Assembly (NCBI GenBank): GCA_030059665.1
Contig: JANVYR010000002.1
Coordinates: 128,001 to 192,000, forward strand
Direction: 5' to 3'
Source: Candidatus Calditenuis fumarioli
Lineage (GTDB): Archaea; Thermoproteota; Nitrososphaeria_A; Caldarchaeales; Calditenuaceae
DNA: 64,000 bases
Shown here: positions 1 through 9,073 of the stretch, one piece after another
How the letters are laid out: each line of letters begins with the position of its first letter
Numbering within the stretch: position 1 is the first letter of the stretch
Position numbers and translations under genes: made by a program
Notes under the pieces: model-generated
The model's input: the letters and a program-made list of their open reading frames with translations, nothing else
Told to the model about the DNA's origin: nothing
The model's database searches: none

Positions 1-1344
1 GATGCTCGACGCGAAGGCCAGCACCAGATCCAGGTCCTCCTCCGGGAAGTCCCTGAAGTTGTAGGACGACCTCAGGAACCTCAGCAGCTCGTCCTTCCTG
101 ACCTCGCCGTATTCTATCAGCAGCCCCGCTATCTGGTGAAGGGCCACGTCGAGCGGGTTCCTGACCACCTCGGTCGGCTCCAGCTCCATCGCCTTAGCCC
201 TCCTCGCGATCGCCATCGCCTCCAGGGCGTCGTCCGAGTCCATCACGATCACCACCCCCTTCGACTCCTGTCCTATCCTGTGGCCGCTCCGGCCGACGCG
301 CTGGACGAGCCTCGTCACCTCCCTCGGCGAGTTGTACTGGATCACCAGGTCCACCCTTCCCACGTCTATCCCCATCTCCAAGCTAGAGGTGCAGATCAGT
401 CCCTTCAGGTCGCCGTACTTCAGGTCCCTCTCGGCCTCGAGCCGCCTGTCCCTCGAGAGCGAGCCGTGGTGTATCGTGACCGGGAAGGCCTCGTCGAGCG
501 CCTTGAACCTGTTCGCGAGGATCTCGGCCAGAGGTCTCGTGTTGGTGAAGATCAGCGTGGACTGGTGGACCTCGACCAGCGCCCGGATCGCGTTGAGACG
601 AGCCGCCACGTCCGGCGCCACCCCCAGGTACTCCGCCAGCTCCCTGTCCTCCGGCCCCGGAACCGGGAAGAGTATGGTGACCGAGAAGCCCTTCGGAAGC
701 GGCACCCTGACGACCCTGCAGCTCCTCCCCGGGCCCACCAGGAACCTCGCGACCTCCTCCGCGCTCCCCACCGTCGCCGAGAGGCCTATGATCTGGAAGT
801 CCCTGCCGGTGATCCGCCTGAGCCTCTCCAGCGCCAGCGAGAGCTGCGCCCCCCTCTTGTCGGTCGCCAGCTCGTGGACCTCGTCGACGATCACGTACCT
901 GACGTTGGCCAGGTGGGACCTCAGCACCCTCCCCGTCAGGAGCGACTGGAGCGTCTCGGGCGTCGTGATCAGCAGCATCGGAGGCCTGAGCGTGTGGGCC
1001 CTCCTCTCCGAGGGCGCGGTGTCGCCGTGCCTTACGGCCACTGTCAGGTCGAGCCTCTGCGACCACCAGGCCATCCGCTCGAGGAGGTCCCTGTTCAGCG
1101 CCCTGAGCGGAGTGATGTACAGCGCCGCTACCGGTCTGAGGTCCCTGTTCACCAGGAGCTCGCTGAAGATCGGGAGCAGAGCGGCCTCCGTCTTGCCCGA
1201 GCCGGTCGGGGCCATCAGGAGCAGGTTCTCGCCGTTGAGGACGTGGGGTATCGTAGCCCTCTGGGTCTCCGCGAGCCCCCCGAACCTCTCGAGGACGGCC
1301 TCCCTCACCGGCTTCGCCAGCAGCTCCAGCGGGTCGGTCAGCAT
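1..1344 (-). CDS. lhr: Lhr-like DEAD/DEAH-box helicase (5' part; runs off window start)
   Basis: Manual translation from ATG at 1344 (not in the ORF track): MLTDPLELLAKPVREAV...APTGSGKT (Walker A), YITPLRALNRD, ITTPETL, IVDEVHEL (motif II), GLSATVG, HHGSLS, CTSSLEMGIDVG, QRVGRSGH (motif VI). The long + strand ORFs here are shadows. Confidence 0.92.
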   Translation of the reverse strand, partial: MLTDPLELLAKPVREAVLERFGGLAETQRATIPHVLNGENLLLMAPTGSGKTEAALLPIFSELLVNRDLRPVAALYITPLRALNRDLLERMAWWSQRLDLTVAVRHGDTAPSERRAHTLRPPMLLITTPETLQSLLTGRVLRSHLANVRYVIVDEVHELATDKRGAQLSLALERLRRITGRDFQIIGLSATVGSAEEVARFLVGPGRSCRVVRVPLPKGFSVTILFPVPGPEDRELAEYLGVAPDVAARLNAIRALVEVHQSTLIFTNTRPLAEILANRFKALDEAFPVTIHHGSLSRDRRLEAERDLKYGDLKGLICTSSLEMGIDVGRVDLVIQYNSPREVTRLVQRVGRSGHRIGQESKGVVIVMDSDDALEAMAIARRAKAMELEPTEVVRNPLDVALHQIAGLLIEYGEVRKDELLRFLRSSYNFRDFPEEDLDLVLAFASSI

Positions 1345-1532
1345 GATCCGCCAGAAGGTCTCCACGGCTTTGCTTTATCGCTGACCCGGTGACCGCCTCC
1401 GGGTCTCGCCTGGGATATGACCCCGCCCTCCCCGGATCCGCCGGTTCACATAGCGCTTGAACTCGGAGAAGGTCTGCGGCCCCTCAGGCGACGACATAGA
1501 GCCATATCCAGCCAGAGGGAGCGTAGGGGAAG

Positions 1533-3083
1533 ATGGCGGTAAGGACCAGGGCCAGGGGTAGCTACGTGCTCAGCGCCAGGCCGGAGCTTGCCGAGTCGGA
1601 GCTGAGGTCGCTCGCGGAGGAGGTCTCGGAGGCCCTGATGAGGGGTGTTCCGAGGGAGAGGGCCGAGGAGGGCGCTGCGCTACGTTCCCTCGAGCTGAGG
1701 GACAACAGGCTCGCCTTCGAGGTCGAGTGCGGCACGCTCGTCTGGGCCACCGACGCCGTGCTCCGGATGAGGAACGTCCTGGCAGAGCGCCTCGGCAAAA
1801 CCTACAGGATCGGCATCAGGGGAATTCAGGTGGACAGGCTCGAGGTGGTGATCTCCGGTGAGGCGGTGGACAGGGAGAAGGCCTCGGAGGAGCTGAGCGG
1901 TGTTGCCGAGGTCTCCGCCACCGACGGCGAGGTCGTCCTGGTCTTCTCGAACCTCACGGAGGCCGAGCTCCAGGACCGAGTCGTCGAGCGCGCAGTCAGG
2001 CGGGTCAGGGTCACCTCCGTCAAGGAGGAGATAGTGGTGCCTGCTACGTTCGGGACCGTGCTGAGGAGAGGCCCATCGAAGCCCCAGAAGGTGACGACCG
2101 ATGTCGGCGAGGTCGCCGAGTCGCTCGGCTGGATCAAGCGCTTCCCCGGAAGGGGCCAGTGGATCTACACGCCTCCGATGGCCGCACTGCTCAGGTCCAT
2201 CGTCAACCTGATCATAGAGAGGGTCTGTTTGCCGCTTGGCTTCCAGGAGTGGGTCTTCCCGAGGCTGCTGCCGATGGAGGTCTTCGAGAAGCTCTCCACC
2301 TACGTCGAGCACCTCCCCGAGGGCCTCTTCTACGTCTGCCCGCCGCCGAGGGACCCGCAGGCCTTCTCCGAGTTCAAGCGCGAGTACTCCCTCAGGAGGG
2401 AGCTGAGGGTTGACCTGCTGAGGTCGGTGCTGGAGGACCCGAGGTACGTGCTCGACGCGGTGCAGTGTCCCCCCTTCTACCAGTTCTTCAGCAACGAGTA
2501 CGTCCGGCTCGAGGACCTCCCGGTCAAGGCCTTCGACGTGATGGGCGGGTGGACCTGGAGGAACGAGGCCGGTGGCGTCGAGGGGATCGTCAGGACCAAC
2601 GAGTTCCTCAGGATGGAGATGGTCTTCCTCGCCTCGCCGGAGGACGCGGTGGAGCTGAGGGACGCCATCGTCGACAGGGTGGTGGAGGTGGTCGACAAGG
2701 AGCTCGACCTGGAGTGGCGCGTCGTGGCCGGAGCGCCCTTCTACCTCTCACCCGAGGAGGCGAGCAAGCGCGTGATCGACGTCTCCACCAGCGCCAAGAT
2801 ACCAACGCTCGACGTGGAGGTATACCTGGAGTACAGGGGGCCGAGGGAGACCGCCGAGTGGCTCGAGATAACGGCGGCCACCGTCCACAGGGACTTCTAC
2901 GTAAACGCCTTCAGGATAAGGGAGGTGAAGGGAAGGAGGATATGGACCGGTTGCGTCGGTCACGGCATCACCCGCTGGGCGGCCGCGTTCCTCGCGAGGC
3001 ACGGCTTCAACCCCGAGGACTGGCCCAAGCCGATCCGCTCGCAGCTGAGGTACGAGCCCAAGCCTCCCAAGACGGTGAGGTGA
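1533..3083 (+). CDS. serS: Seryl-tRNA synthetase, methanogen-type (type 2, Zn-dependent)
   Basis: The N-terminal domain (LAERLGKTYRIGIRGI) and motifs RGQWIY, VQCPPF, RNEAGGVEGIVRTNEFLRME and WTGCVGHG match Methanosarcina-type SerRS, including the Cys/Glu/Cys Zn ligands. Confidence 0.88.
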   Translation: MAVRTRARGSYVLSARPELAESELRSLAEEVSEALMRGVPRERAEEGAALRSLELRDNRLAFEVECGTLVWATDAVLRMRNVLAERLGKTYRIGIRGIQVDRLEVVISGEAVDREKASEELSGVAEVSATDGEVVLVFSNLTEAELQDRVVERAVRRVRVTSVKEEIVVPATFGTVLRRGPSKPQKVTTDVGEVAESLGWIKRFPGRGQWIYTPPMAALLRSIVNLIIERVCLPLGFQEWVFPRLLPMEVFEKLSTYVEHLPEGLFYVCPPPRDPQAFSEFKREYSLRRELRVDLLRSVLEDPRYVLDAVQCPPFYQFFSNEYVRLEDLPVKAFDVMGGWTWRNEAGGVEGIVRTNEFLRMEMVFLASPEDAVELRDAIVDRVVEVVDKELDLEWRVVAGAPFYLSPEEASKRVIDVSTSAKIPTLDVEVYLEYRGPRETAEWLEITAATVHRDFYVNAFRIREVKGRRIWTGCVGHGITRWAAAFLARHGFNPEDWPKPIRSQLRYEPKPPKTVR

Positions 3084-3088
3084 GGGCG

Positions 3089-4309
3089 ATGGAGGAGCTG
3101 ATAGAGGCCCTCTCAAGCGGATCCCTCAGGCTCCACGAGCTCGACGTCAAGCTCGGCTCGAAGGAGGCAACACGCGTCAGGAGGTCCTTCCTGGAGCGCG
3201 TCACCGGTGCAGACCTCTCCGCCCTCGACGCTGACCTCCCCTACGACCAGATCGTCGGGAGGAACTGCGAGAACACCATCGGTGCGGTCGCGATACCTGT
3301 GGGGGTTGCTGGGCCGCTTCCGGTCGAGGGCTCCGACTTCAGGAGGGAGGTCTACGTCCCGCTGGCCACAACTGAGGGCGCCCTAGTCGCGACGGTCAAC
3401 AGGGGAGCGTCCGCGATCAGGAGGTCAGGCTGGGTCAGGAGCAGGACCCTCTCCGACAGGATGACCAGAGCGCCGGTCCTCGAGACGCCTGACCTCGACC
3501 ACAGCATCGAGCTGGCCCGCTGGGTCGAGCAGAACCTCGAGCGTCTCAGGTCGGCCTTCAGGTCCACCACCTCCCACGGCGACCTGATCAGGGTCGTCCC
3601 GTTCGTCGTCGGCAAGTACGTCTTCCTCAGGATGGAGGCATCAACTGGCGACGCGATGGGGATGAACATGGTGACCCGCGGAGCCCAGCGTGTCGTGGAG
3701 GAGCTTCTTCGGGAGTTCCCGTGGCTGAGGCACGTCTCCGTCAGCGGCAACCTCTGCACCGACAAGAAGGCGACCTCCGTCAACTGGATCATGGGTAGGG
3801 GCAAGTCGGTCTCGGCCGAGGCCGTGATCAGGCGTGACGTGGTGTCCTCTGTCCTGAAGACGACGCCCGAGGCGATCGAGAGGGTCGTGCGGGCCAAGCT
3901 CCACCTCGGCTCCGCCAGGGCAGGGACCATCGGAGGGTTCAGCGCCCACATAGCCAACGTGATCGCGGCCGTCTTCATCGCCACCGGTCAGGACCCCGCT
4001 CAGGTCGTCGAGTCCAGCATGGCCATAACCTACGCTGAGGTGACCGAGTCCGGAGACCTCTACCTCTCCGTCACGTTACCGAGCCTGGAGGTGGGAACCG
4101 TCGGCGGTGGGACCTGGTTGCCTGCTCAGAGGGCGGCCCTGGCGCTGATGGGCGTCGCTGGATCCGGTGACCCGCCCGGAACGAACGCGAGGAGGTTCGC
4201 CGAGATCGTCGCTTCGGCAGCGCTGGCCGGTGAGCTCTCGCTGCTCGCAGCCCTCTCTTCGCACCACCTCGTCGAGGCCCACGAGAGGCTCGGAAGGGCC
4301 AAAAGGTGA
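3089..4309 (+). CDS. hmgA: HMG-CoA reductase, class I (NADPH)
   Basis: Start MEELIEAL at 3089. Motifs ENTIG, PLATTEGALVA, DAMGMNM, GNLCTDKK, GTVGGGT and the C-terminal catalytic His (LVEAHERLG). Confidence 0.95.
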   Translation: MEELIEALSSGSLRLHELDVKLGSKEATRVRRSFLERVTGADLSALDADLPYDQIVGRNCENTIGAVAIPVGVAGPLPVEGSDFRREVYVPLATTEGALVATVNRGASAIRRSGWVRSRTLSDRMTRAPVLETPDLDHSIELARWVEQNLERLRSAFRSTTSHGDLIRVVPFVVGKYVFLRMEASTGDAMGMNMVTRGAQRVVEELLREFPWLRHVSVSGNLCTDKKATSVNWIMGRGKSVSAEAVIRRDVVSSVLKTTPEAIERVVRAKLHLGSARAGTIGGFSAHIANVIAAVFIATGQDPAQVVESSMAITYAEVTESGDLYLSVTLPSLEVGTVGGGTWLPAQRAALALMGVAGSGDPPGTNARRFAEIVASAALAGELSLLAALSSHHLVEAHERLGRAKR

Positions 4310-4359
4310 GCCGTTGAGGCCATAGGAGGCTGCCACTCCCTACCGCTGCGTTCGGAAGA

Positions 4360-4654
4360 CGGGGACGAGCGGCCCGTAGCCCTCCTTCCGTTTTAGGCGG
4401 GATCCGTCTTCTCGGTCCGGGGGCTCGACGGTGGGGCTCACCGCCCCCCTCCTTTCTCCGCCCGGGACGCCCGTTTCATCCGGTCTCCGGCCGTCGTCGA
4501 CGGCATCCCCGCGTCCTCCCGCATCCGGCCGGAGGGGTCTCGTTTCTGTGGCGTTGCCAGGGGTCGCCCCCTGCACCTCGCGGTGCCGGGCCCACCGTCG
4601 GAGGGAGGAACTTCCCCGGGAGCTCCCCGAGGCCCGCCCAGCCGCTCGTCCCCG
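4360..4654 (-). ncRNA. rnpB: RNase P RNA (archaeal type A)
   Basis: The reverse strand has terminal P1 helix CGGGGACGAGCGGC / GCCGCTCGTCCCCG and conserved regions GGGGAAGTTCC, GCCACAGAAAC, GGATGAAACGG and AACGGAAGGAGGGCTA. About 295 nt, with no credible ORF. Confidence 0.92.
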
Positions 4655-4740
4655 AGTTCACTCGCTCCCCGTCCTCGATAAGGTTTGCTCGCAGGGGCCC
4701 GTCCACAACCCCGCTCGGGCCTATGCGTCGGAGAGCTGGT

Positions 4741-5667
4741 TCAGACGCCCCTTCCCGGAAGAGCGCAGTCGGTCCCGGAGAGCTGGACCTCGACCCGCTC
4801 CTGAGCCTTCGGCGTCGCCACCCGCTCCTCCGCCGCCTCTCCCTCTCCCTTCCTCCTGACCTTCACCCCCCTGATCCTCGCGACGATCTCGGTGATGACC
4901 GAGAGGGCCACCTCCTCCGGAGTGTAGGCACCGATGTCGATGCCCGCCGGTGCGCTGAGGCCCCTGATGAAATCCTCGGGCACGCCCCTCGATCTCAGCT
5001 GCTCCACGTCGTGGGCAACCCTCTTCCTGCTCGCCACGAGGCCGACGTATCCCACCTTCTTCCTGGACAGCTTCTCGAGGACCTCCACGTCCCTCCCTCC
5101 CTTCGTCAGCACCACGACGTAGTCCCGCTCGCCCAGGTCGAGGGAGCCGATGTCGAAGTCGAGGTCTGTGATCAGAACGTCCGGCTTGTTGGTCAGGACC
5201 GGTGACGGGTTGATCGACCATGTCTCGAACCCCAGGACACGGCCGAACTGGATCAGGGCCTCCTCCACGTCGTCCCTCCCTCCCTGCGCCACGATTATCA
5301 GCCTCCTCTTCGGCAGCCTCGGCTCGATGAAGATCTCGAGCTTCCCTCCGCAGAAGGTCTCGACGAAGACCTCGTCCTCCAACGCGGGCCTTTCGGACAT
5401 CATCCTGATCGAGTCCTCAGGCCCTACGAGGTGGACCGTAAGGATCCTAGGGCTCTCCCGCTTGATCGCCTCGAGCGCCGCGCTCACCACGGGGCCCTCG
5501 GGACACACACCTCCGAGCGAGCCGTAGACGATGTTGCCCTCCCCGTCGACGACGATCTTGAAGCCCGGCTTGGAGATCGATGAGCCCTCGACCCTGATGA
5601 CCGTGGCTATGGCGTACGGTTTCCTCCGCGACTCGAGGTCGTGAATGACCTCGCCGAACCCGCGCAA
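4741..5667 (-). CDS. XdhC/CoxI family Mo/W-cofactor insertion chaperone
   Basis: ATVIRVEGSS..KPG, GSLGGVCPEG, CGGKLEIFIEP, YVGLVASRKR and APAGIDIGAYTPEEVALS are XdhC-type motifs. Confidence 0.88.
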   Translation of the reverse strand: MRGFGEVIHDLESRRKPYAIATVIRVEGSSISKPGFKIVVDGEGNIVYGSLGGVCPEGPVVSAALEAIKRESPRILTVHLVGPEDSIRMMSERPALEDEVFVETFCGGKLEIFIEPRLPKRRLIIVAQGGRDDVEEALIQFGRVLGFETWSINPSPVLTNKPDVLITDLDFDIGSLDLGERDYVVVLTKGGRDVEVLEKLSRKKVGYVGLVASRKRVAHDVEQLRSRGVPEDFIRGLSAPAGIDIGAYTPEEVALSVITEIVARIRGVKVRRKGEGEAAEERVATPKAQERVEVQLSGTDCALPGRGV

Positions 5668-5746
5668 CCCGCTCCCTTCTCCTCACGGCCCGTAAAATCC
5701 TTTGCCTCTCGCTCCACGATCCCGTTGCGGCCCGGAGGCTGAGGGT

Positions 5747-6160
5747 CTAGGGGCATTCTCCCATGAGCTTTGTTACTAGAGCGTGTATTTCCTTCGCCAA
5801 GGCGAGCGCCTCGTCCGCGTCCTCCTTGTCATAGAGTTCCTCAGGCGTCGCCCCGCTCTCCTCGTCTCCGTACATCGAGGGTTCCCTCTCCCTCCTCAGC
5901 CTCCTGGATATCCTCGCGACCCTCCTCACCTCCCTTCGGAACCAGTCAGGAAATCGATCCGATTCCCTCACCAGCAACGGCCCCACGTCGTGCCATTTCG
6001 GAGGCTCGAGGCCAACGTACCTCAGGGCGGCCTTCAGAAGCAGCTCGACGGCCTCTTGGGACTGCCTGACGACGTACGGATAGTTCCCGCTCTGCAGGGC
6101 CTCGGCCGCGTGGCGGAGCCTCTCCTCCGCCTGCCTTACGTACGACCTGGCCATCTCCAT
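5747..6160 (-). CDS. HEPN domain protein (COG2250-like), pair 1
   Basis: 137 aa with SQEAVELLLKAAL, PPKWHDVG and REPSMYGDE. Lies immediately downstream of an MNT gene. Confidence 0.85.
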   Translation of the reverse strand: MEMARSYVRQAEERLRHAAEALQSGNYPYVVRQSQEAVELLLKAALRYVGLEPPKWHDVGPLLVRESDRFPDWFRREVRRVARISRRLRREREPSMYGDEESGATPEELYDKEDADEALALAKEIHALVTKLMGECP

Positions 6161-6165
6161 GTTGT

Positions 6166-6735
6166 TCAGATCTCTATCACCTCACCGAACCTGTAGTCGC
6201 GCTTCAGCCTCCAGTACCATCTCCGCCCGACCCTGACCCTCTCGGCTCCGAGCTCGCGGAGCCTCTCCCTCAGCCTGTTCAGGACGCCCTCGAAGAACCC
6301 ATCACGGTCGTAAAGGATCACGGCGTCCTCGACCATGTCGAGGTATAGCGGCGAGAACCTCGCAGCCTCCTCCGGCGTCTTCAGGATCGGCGAGAAGTCG
6401 GGGTTCAGCCCGAGGGAGCGTAGACGGTCAATGACGTCCTCCAGCGTTTCCTCCACCTCCATGAACTCGTCCTGCCTCCGGAACCTGCTCCGAGGAAGTC
6501 CCTCCACCACGACCAGCAGGTCGATGTCGCTCCCGGGACCGGCCTCACCCCGGGCCACCGATCCGAAGACGACGAGCGAGACCAGCCTCTCTCCCCACCG
6601 CCTCCTCATCTCCTCGAGCAACCTCCTCAGGAGCGATGCGTAGGGTTCCTGTAGTCTCCGACCTTCCACCAACAGCCTCCCACCGTCATCTCTTGTCGCG
6701 AGCACGTTAAAAATAGTGCTGGCTTCGTGATTCAA
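6166..6735 (-). CDS. Minimal nucleotidyltransferase (MNT), pair 1
   Basis: FGSVARGEAGPGSDIDLLVV is the GSx10DxD motif. True start is probably downstream of 6735. Confidence 0.88.
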   Translation of the reverse strand: MNHEASTIFNVLATRDDGGRLLVEGRRLQEPYASLLRRLLEEMRRRWGERLVSLVVFGSVARGEAGPGSDIDLLVVVEGLPRSRFRRQDEFMEVEETLEDVIDRLRSLGLNPDFSPILKTPEEAARFSPLYLDMVEDAVILYDRDGFFEGVLNRLRERLRELGAERVRVGRRWYWRLKRDYRFGEVIEI

Positions 6736-6747
6736 ATCAGCCTTCGC

Positions 6748-7827
6748 TCAAGTGGGGGCGCGGACCTGCAGGGCCTTCGAGACGAGGGCGATGGCCAGCG
6801 CTGCGATGCTTACGGCGTTGAGCGCAACGCCCAGCTTGTAAGCTGCGAGGAGGCCCATCAGGATGCCGGCGAACCTGAGGGCGAGGGACGGCGTGAGCAG
6901 AAGGGTCGACGCGTAGAGCCAGCCGGTGAAGACCGGCCTCCTGATGCCCGCGAGCGCCGGGAGGATCAGAGGGGCGTGGGCCACGATCGCGTGGAACACG
7001 AACCCCAGGTAGAACGAGTGGACCCTGATCTGGACTGGCAGGTCGAGCGCTGCGGCGGCCATGTGGAAGACTCCGGATGCTGCGAGCCAGGCGTAACCGA
7101 GGAGCGTGTTCACCGCGACGTACCTGTGCAGTCCTCCTGCCCCGATTCCTGCCCTCACCGCGGGGTCGCCCCTCATCAGCCAGATCCCAACGGCCGTCAG
7201 CACCGCACCGAACGCCGGCAGCACCTCATGCCGCAGGATCGAGAGCGAACTAGTCAGCACCGCGAGCAGCAGGAGGATCACGGCAGGTCGCCACCCTGCC
7301 GTGCGGGGCCCTCCGGGCCTCAGTCGTTGGAACGACGCGGTGAGCTCGGCCCTCTCGCCCGCTATGACCAGCAGGGGAAAGCACATCAGAAGCGGGAGGA
7401 CCTGAAGGACCGGCAGGCCCAGCGCGAGCAGCACGGAGGAGAGCACCAGCGCGACGAACCCACCCGCGATGAGCCCGAGCGCGACCGACCCGTACCTGCC
7501 GTAATCCCTCAGCGATGAGGCAGCGGCCACCGCCGAGCCAGCAGCTGCGAGGGCACCGGCCGACGGGGAAGCCGGTGGGACGAGGGAGATGAGTCCGGAG
7601 GCGGCGATCAGCAGCGGCCCCACCAGCAGCGGGCTGTTGGGCCCTGACCGCTCGAGGGCTATGAGCGAACCGAGCACGGCCACCGTCATCAGGAGCTCGT
7701 GCGAGATCGACACCTGCGGAGGGACCGGTAAGAGCCCCGATCTGCCGATGCCGCCGATCACACCGAGCAGCGCCGCAACGGCAGCCACCGGTAGCAGAAG
7801 CCTCCTGGGTTCCCGCACGGATGCCAC
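6748..7827 (-). CDS. Polytopic membrane protein, NnrS-like
   Basis: About 10-12 hydrophobic segments. Motifs HELLMTVAVLGSLIALER, IAGERAEL and HSFYLGFVFHAIVAHAPLILP resemble the His-containing NnrS-like family. Confidence 0.55.
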   Translation of the reverse strand: MASVREPRRLLLPVAAVAALLGVIGGIGRSGLLPVPPQVSISHELLMTVAVLGSLIALERSGPNSPLLVGPLLIAASGLISLVPPASPSAGALAAAGSAVAAASSLRDYGRYGSVALGLIAGGFVALVLSSVLLALGLPVLQVLPLLMCFPLLVIAGERAELTASFQRLRPGGPRTAGWRPAVILLLLAVLTSSLSILRHEVLPAFGAVLTAVGIWLMRGDPAVRAGIGAGGLHRYVAVNTLLGYAWLAASGVFHMAAAALDLPVQIRVHSFYLGFVFHAIVAHAPLILPALAGIRRPVFTGWLYASTLLLTPSLALRFAGILMGLLAAYKLGVALNAVSIAALAIALVSKALQVRAPT

Positions 7828-7880
7828 CTCGAGGTACGTCAGGGAAGACCTTTTCGTCGAGACAACGGAGTGGGGGCGGC

Positions 7881-8180
7881 TTGGTCGGTGACAGGCTGAG
7901 GGCTGTGGTGAGGAGGGAGGTGGTGCGGCTGATGGAGCTGGCCCTGAGCACGGAGGACGAGGTCCTGAGGGAGGCCGCGGTCCGCCACGCGGTGACCCTC
8001 TGCAGACGCACGAGGACCAGGATGCCCAGGCCCTACGCCAGGCTGATCTGCAGGAGGTGCCTCAGCCTCTACCGTTTCTCGGAGGGTTCCAGGTTCAGAG
8101 TCAGGGCCGGAAGGGGGAAGAGGGTGGTGGTGACGTGTGGCAAATGCGGCGCCGTCAACAGGGTGCCGATCGAGCCGTGA
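7881..8180 (+). CDS. rnp4: RNase P protein component 4 (Rpp21/Rpr2)
   Basis: Basic protein with ICRRC...VTCGKCG Zn ribbon and RTRTRMPR. Probable TTG start at 7881. Confidence 0.8.
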   Translation: MVGDRLRAVVRREVVRLMELALSTEDEVLREAAVRHAVTLCRRTRTRMPRPYARLICRRCLSLYRFSEGSRFRVRAGRGKRVVVTCGKCGAVNRVPIEP

Positions 8181-8206
8181 GGGCCGCTCCACCGCGATGC
8201 TCCACC

Positions 8207-9058
8207 CTACTCCGCCGAGACCCTCGACAGGTACTCGTAGTCCGACGTGTCGAGCCTCCAGCCCGAGGCGCCTGCGTTCTCCTCGAGGTGCTCCCTGCTG
8301 ACCGCCTTCGGTATCGCGATCACGAAGTCCTGGTAGACGACCCAGTTGAGGGCCACCTGCAGCGGCGTCTTCCCGTATTTCCTCGCCACCTCCCTCAGCG
8401 CCCTCCCGAGCCTCGTCTCGGACCTGGCCTCCGTCGCTATCCTGCCCTTCGCCAGCGGGCTGTAGGCCGTGATCGTCACGCCCTCCCTCCTGCAGTAATC
8501 GAATAGGTCCCTCTCGATCGACCTGTTGAGGAGGCTGTACTCCACTTGGTTCGCCACCACGTCGGTCACCGAGAGATAGGAGCGGGCCTCTTCGAGCAGC
8601 TCCGCCGAGAAGTTGCTGACGCCGATGTACCTGATCTTCCCGTCCTTGTAGAGCTTCTCGAGCGCCTTCATCGTCTCCCGCAGCGGGACCTCTTCAGACG
8701 GCCAGTGGATCATGTAGAGGTCCACGTACTTCAGCCCCAGCCTCCCGAGGGAGCCCTCGCAGGACCTGATTACAGAATCGTACCTGAGGTTGGTGGGCCA
8801 CACCTTGGTCGCGATGAACAGCTCCTCCCTCGGGTAACCCTTGATCGCCTCCCCCACCAGCTCCTCCGCGTGGCCGGCACCGTACATCTCGGCGGTGTCG
8901 ATGTGGGTCATCCCGAGCTCTATCGCGGTCCTGATCGCCTCGATCCACTCCTTGTCCCTGCTCCGGTCCGGCTTCGAACCCCCTCCCATCCTCCAGGTAC
9001 CGAGCCCTATCTCAGGTATCTTCTCGCCGGTCTTGCCCAGAACCTTCCTGGTGATCAC
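8207..9058 (-). CDS. Aldo/keto reductase
   Basis: IGLGTW, HIDTAEMYG, FIATKVWP, DLYMIHWP, IGVSNF and AYSPLAKG. Confidence 0.95.
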   Translation of the reverse strand: MITRKVLGKTGEKIPEIGLGTWRMGGGSKPDRSRDKEWIEAIRTAIELGMTHIDTAEMYGAGHAEELVGEAIKGYPREELFIATKVWPTNLRYDSVIRSCEGSLGRLGLKYVDLYMIHWPSEEVPLRETMKALEKLYKDGKIRYIGVSNFSAELLEEARSYLSVTDVVANQVEYSLLNRSIERDLFDYCRREGVTITAYSPLAKGRIATEARSETRLGRALREVARKYGKTPLQVALNWVVYQDFVIAIPKAVSREHLEENAGASGWRLDTSDYEYLSRVSAE

Positions 9059-9073
9059 GCACTGTCACCTCGA

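Noticed and set aside
136-1392. 418-aa and 350-aa + strand ORFs
   Set aside because: Antisense shadows of the Lhr helicase, which has all SF2 motifs on the minus strand.
2465-3088. N-terminal 200-aa extension of HMG-CoA reductase in the ORF track
   Set aside because: It overlaps serS in another frame and is low-complexity Arg/Gly; the real start is the ATG at 3089.
4340-4859. Several short ORFs between hmgA and xdhC
   Set aside because: The region is explained by the RNase P RNA gene.
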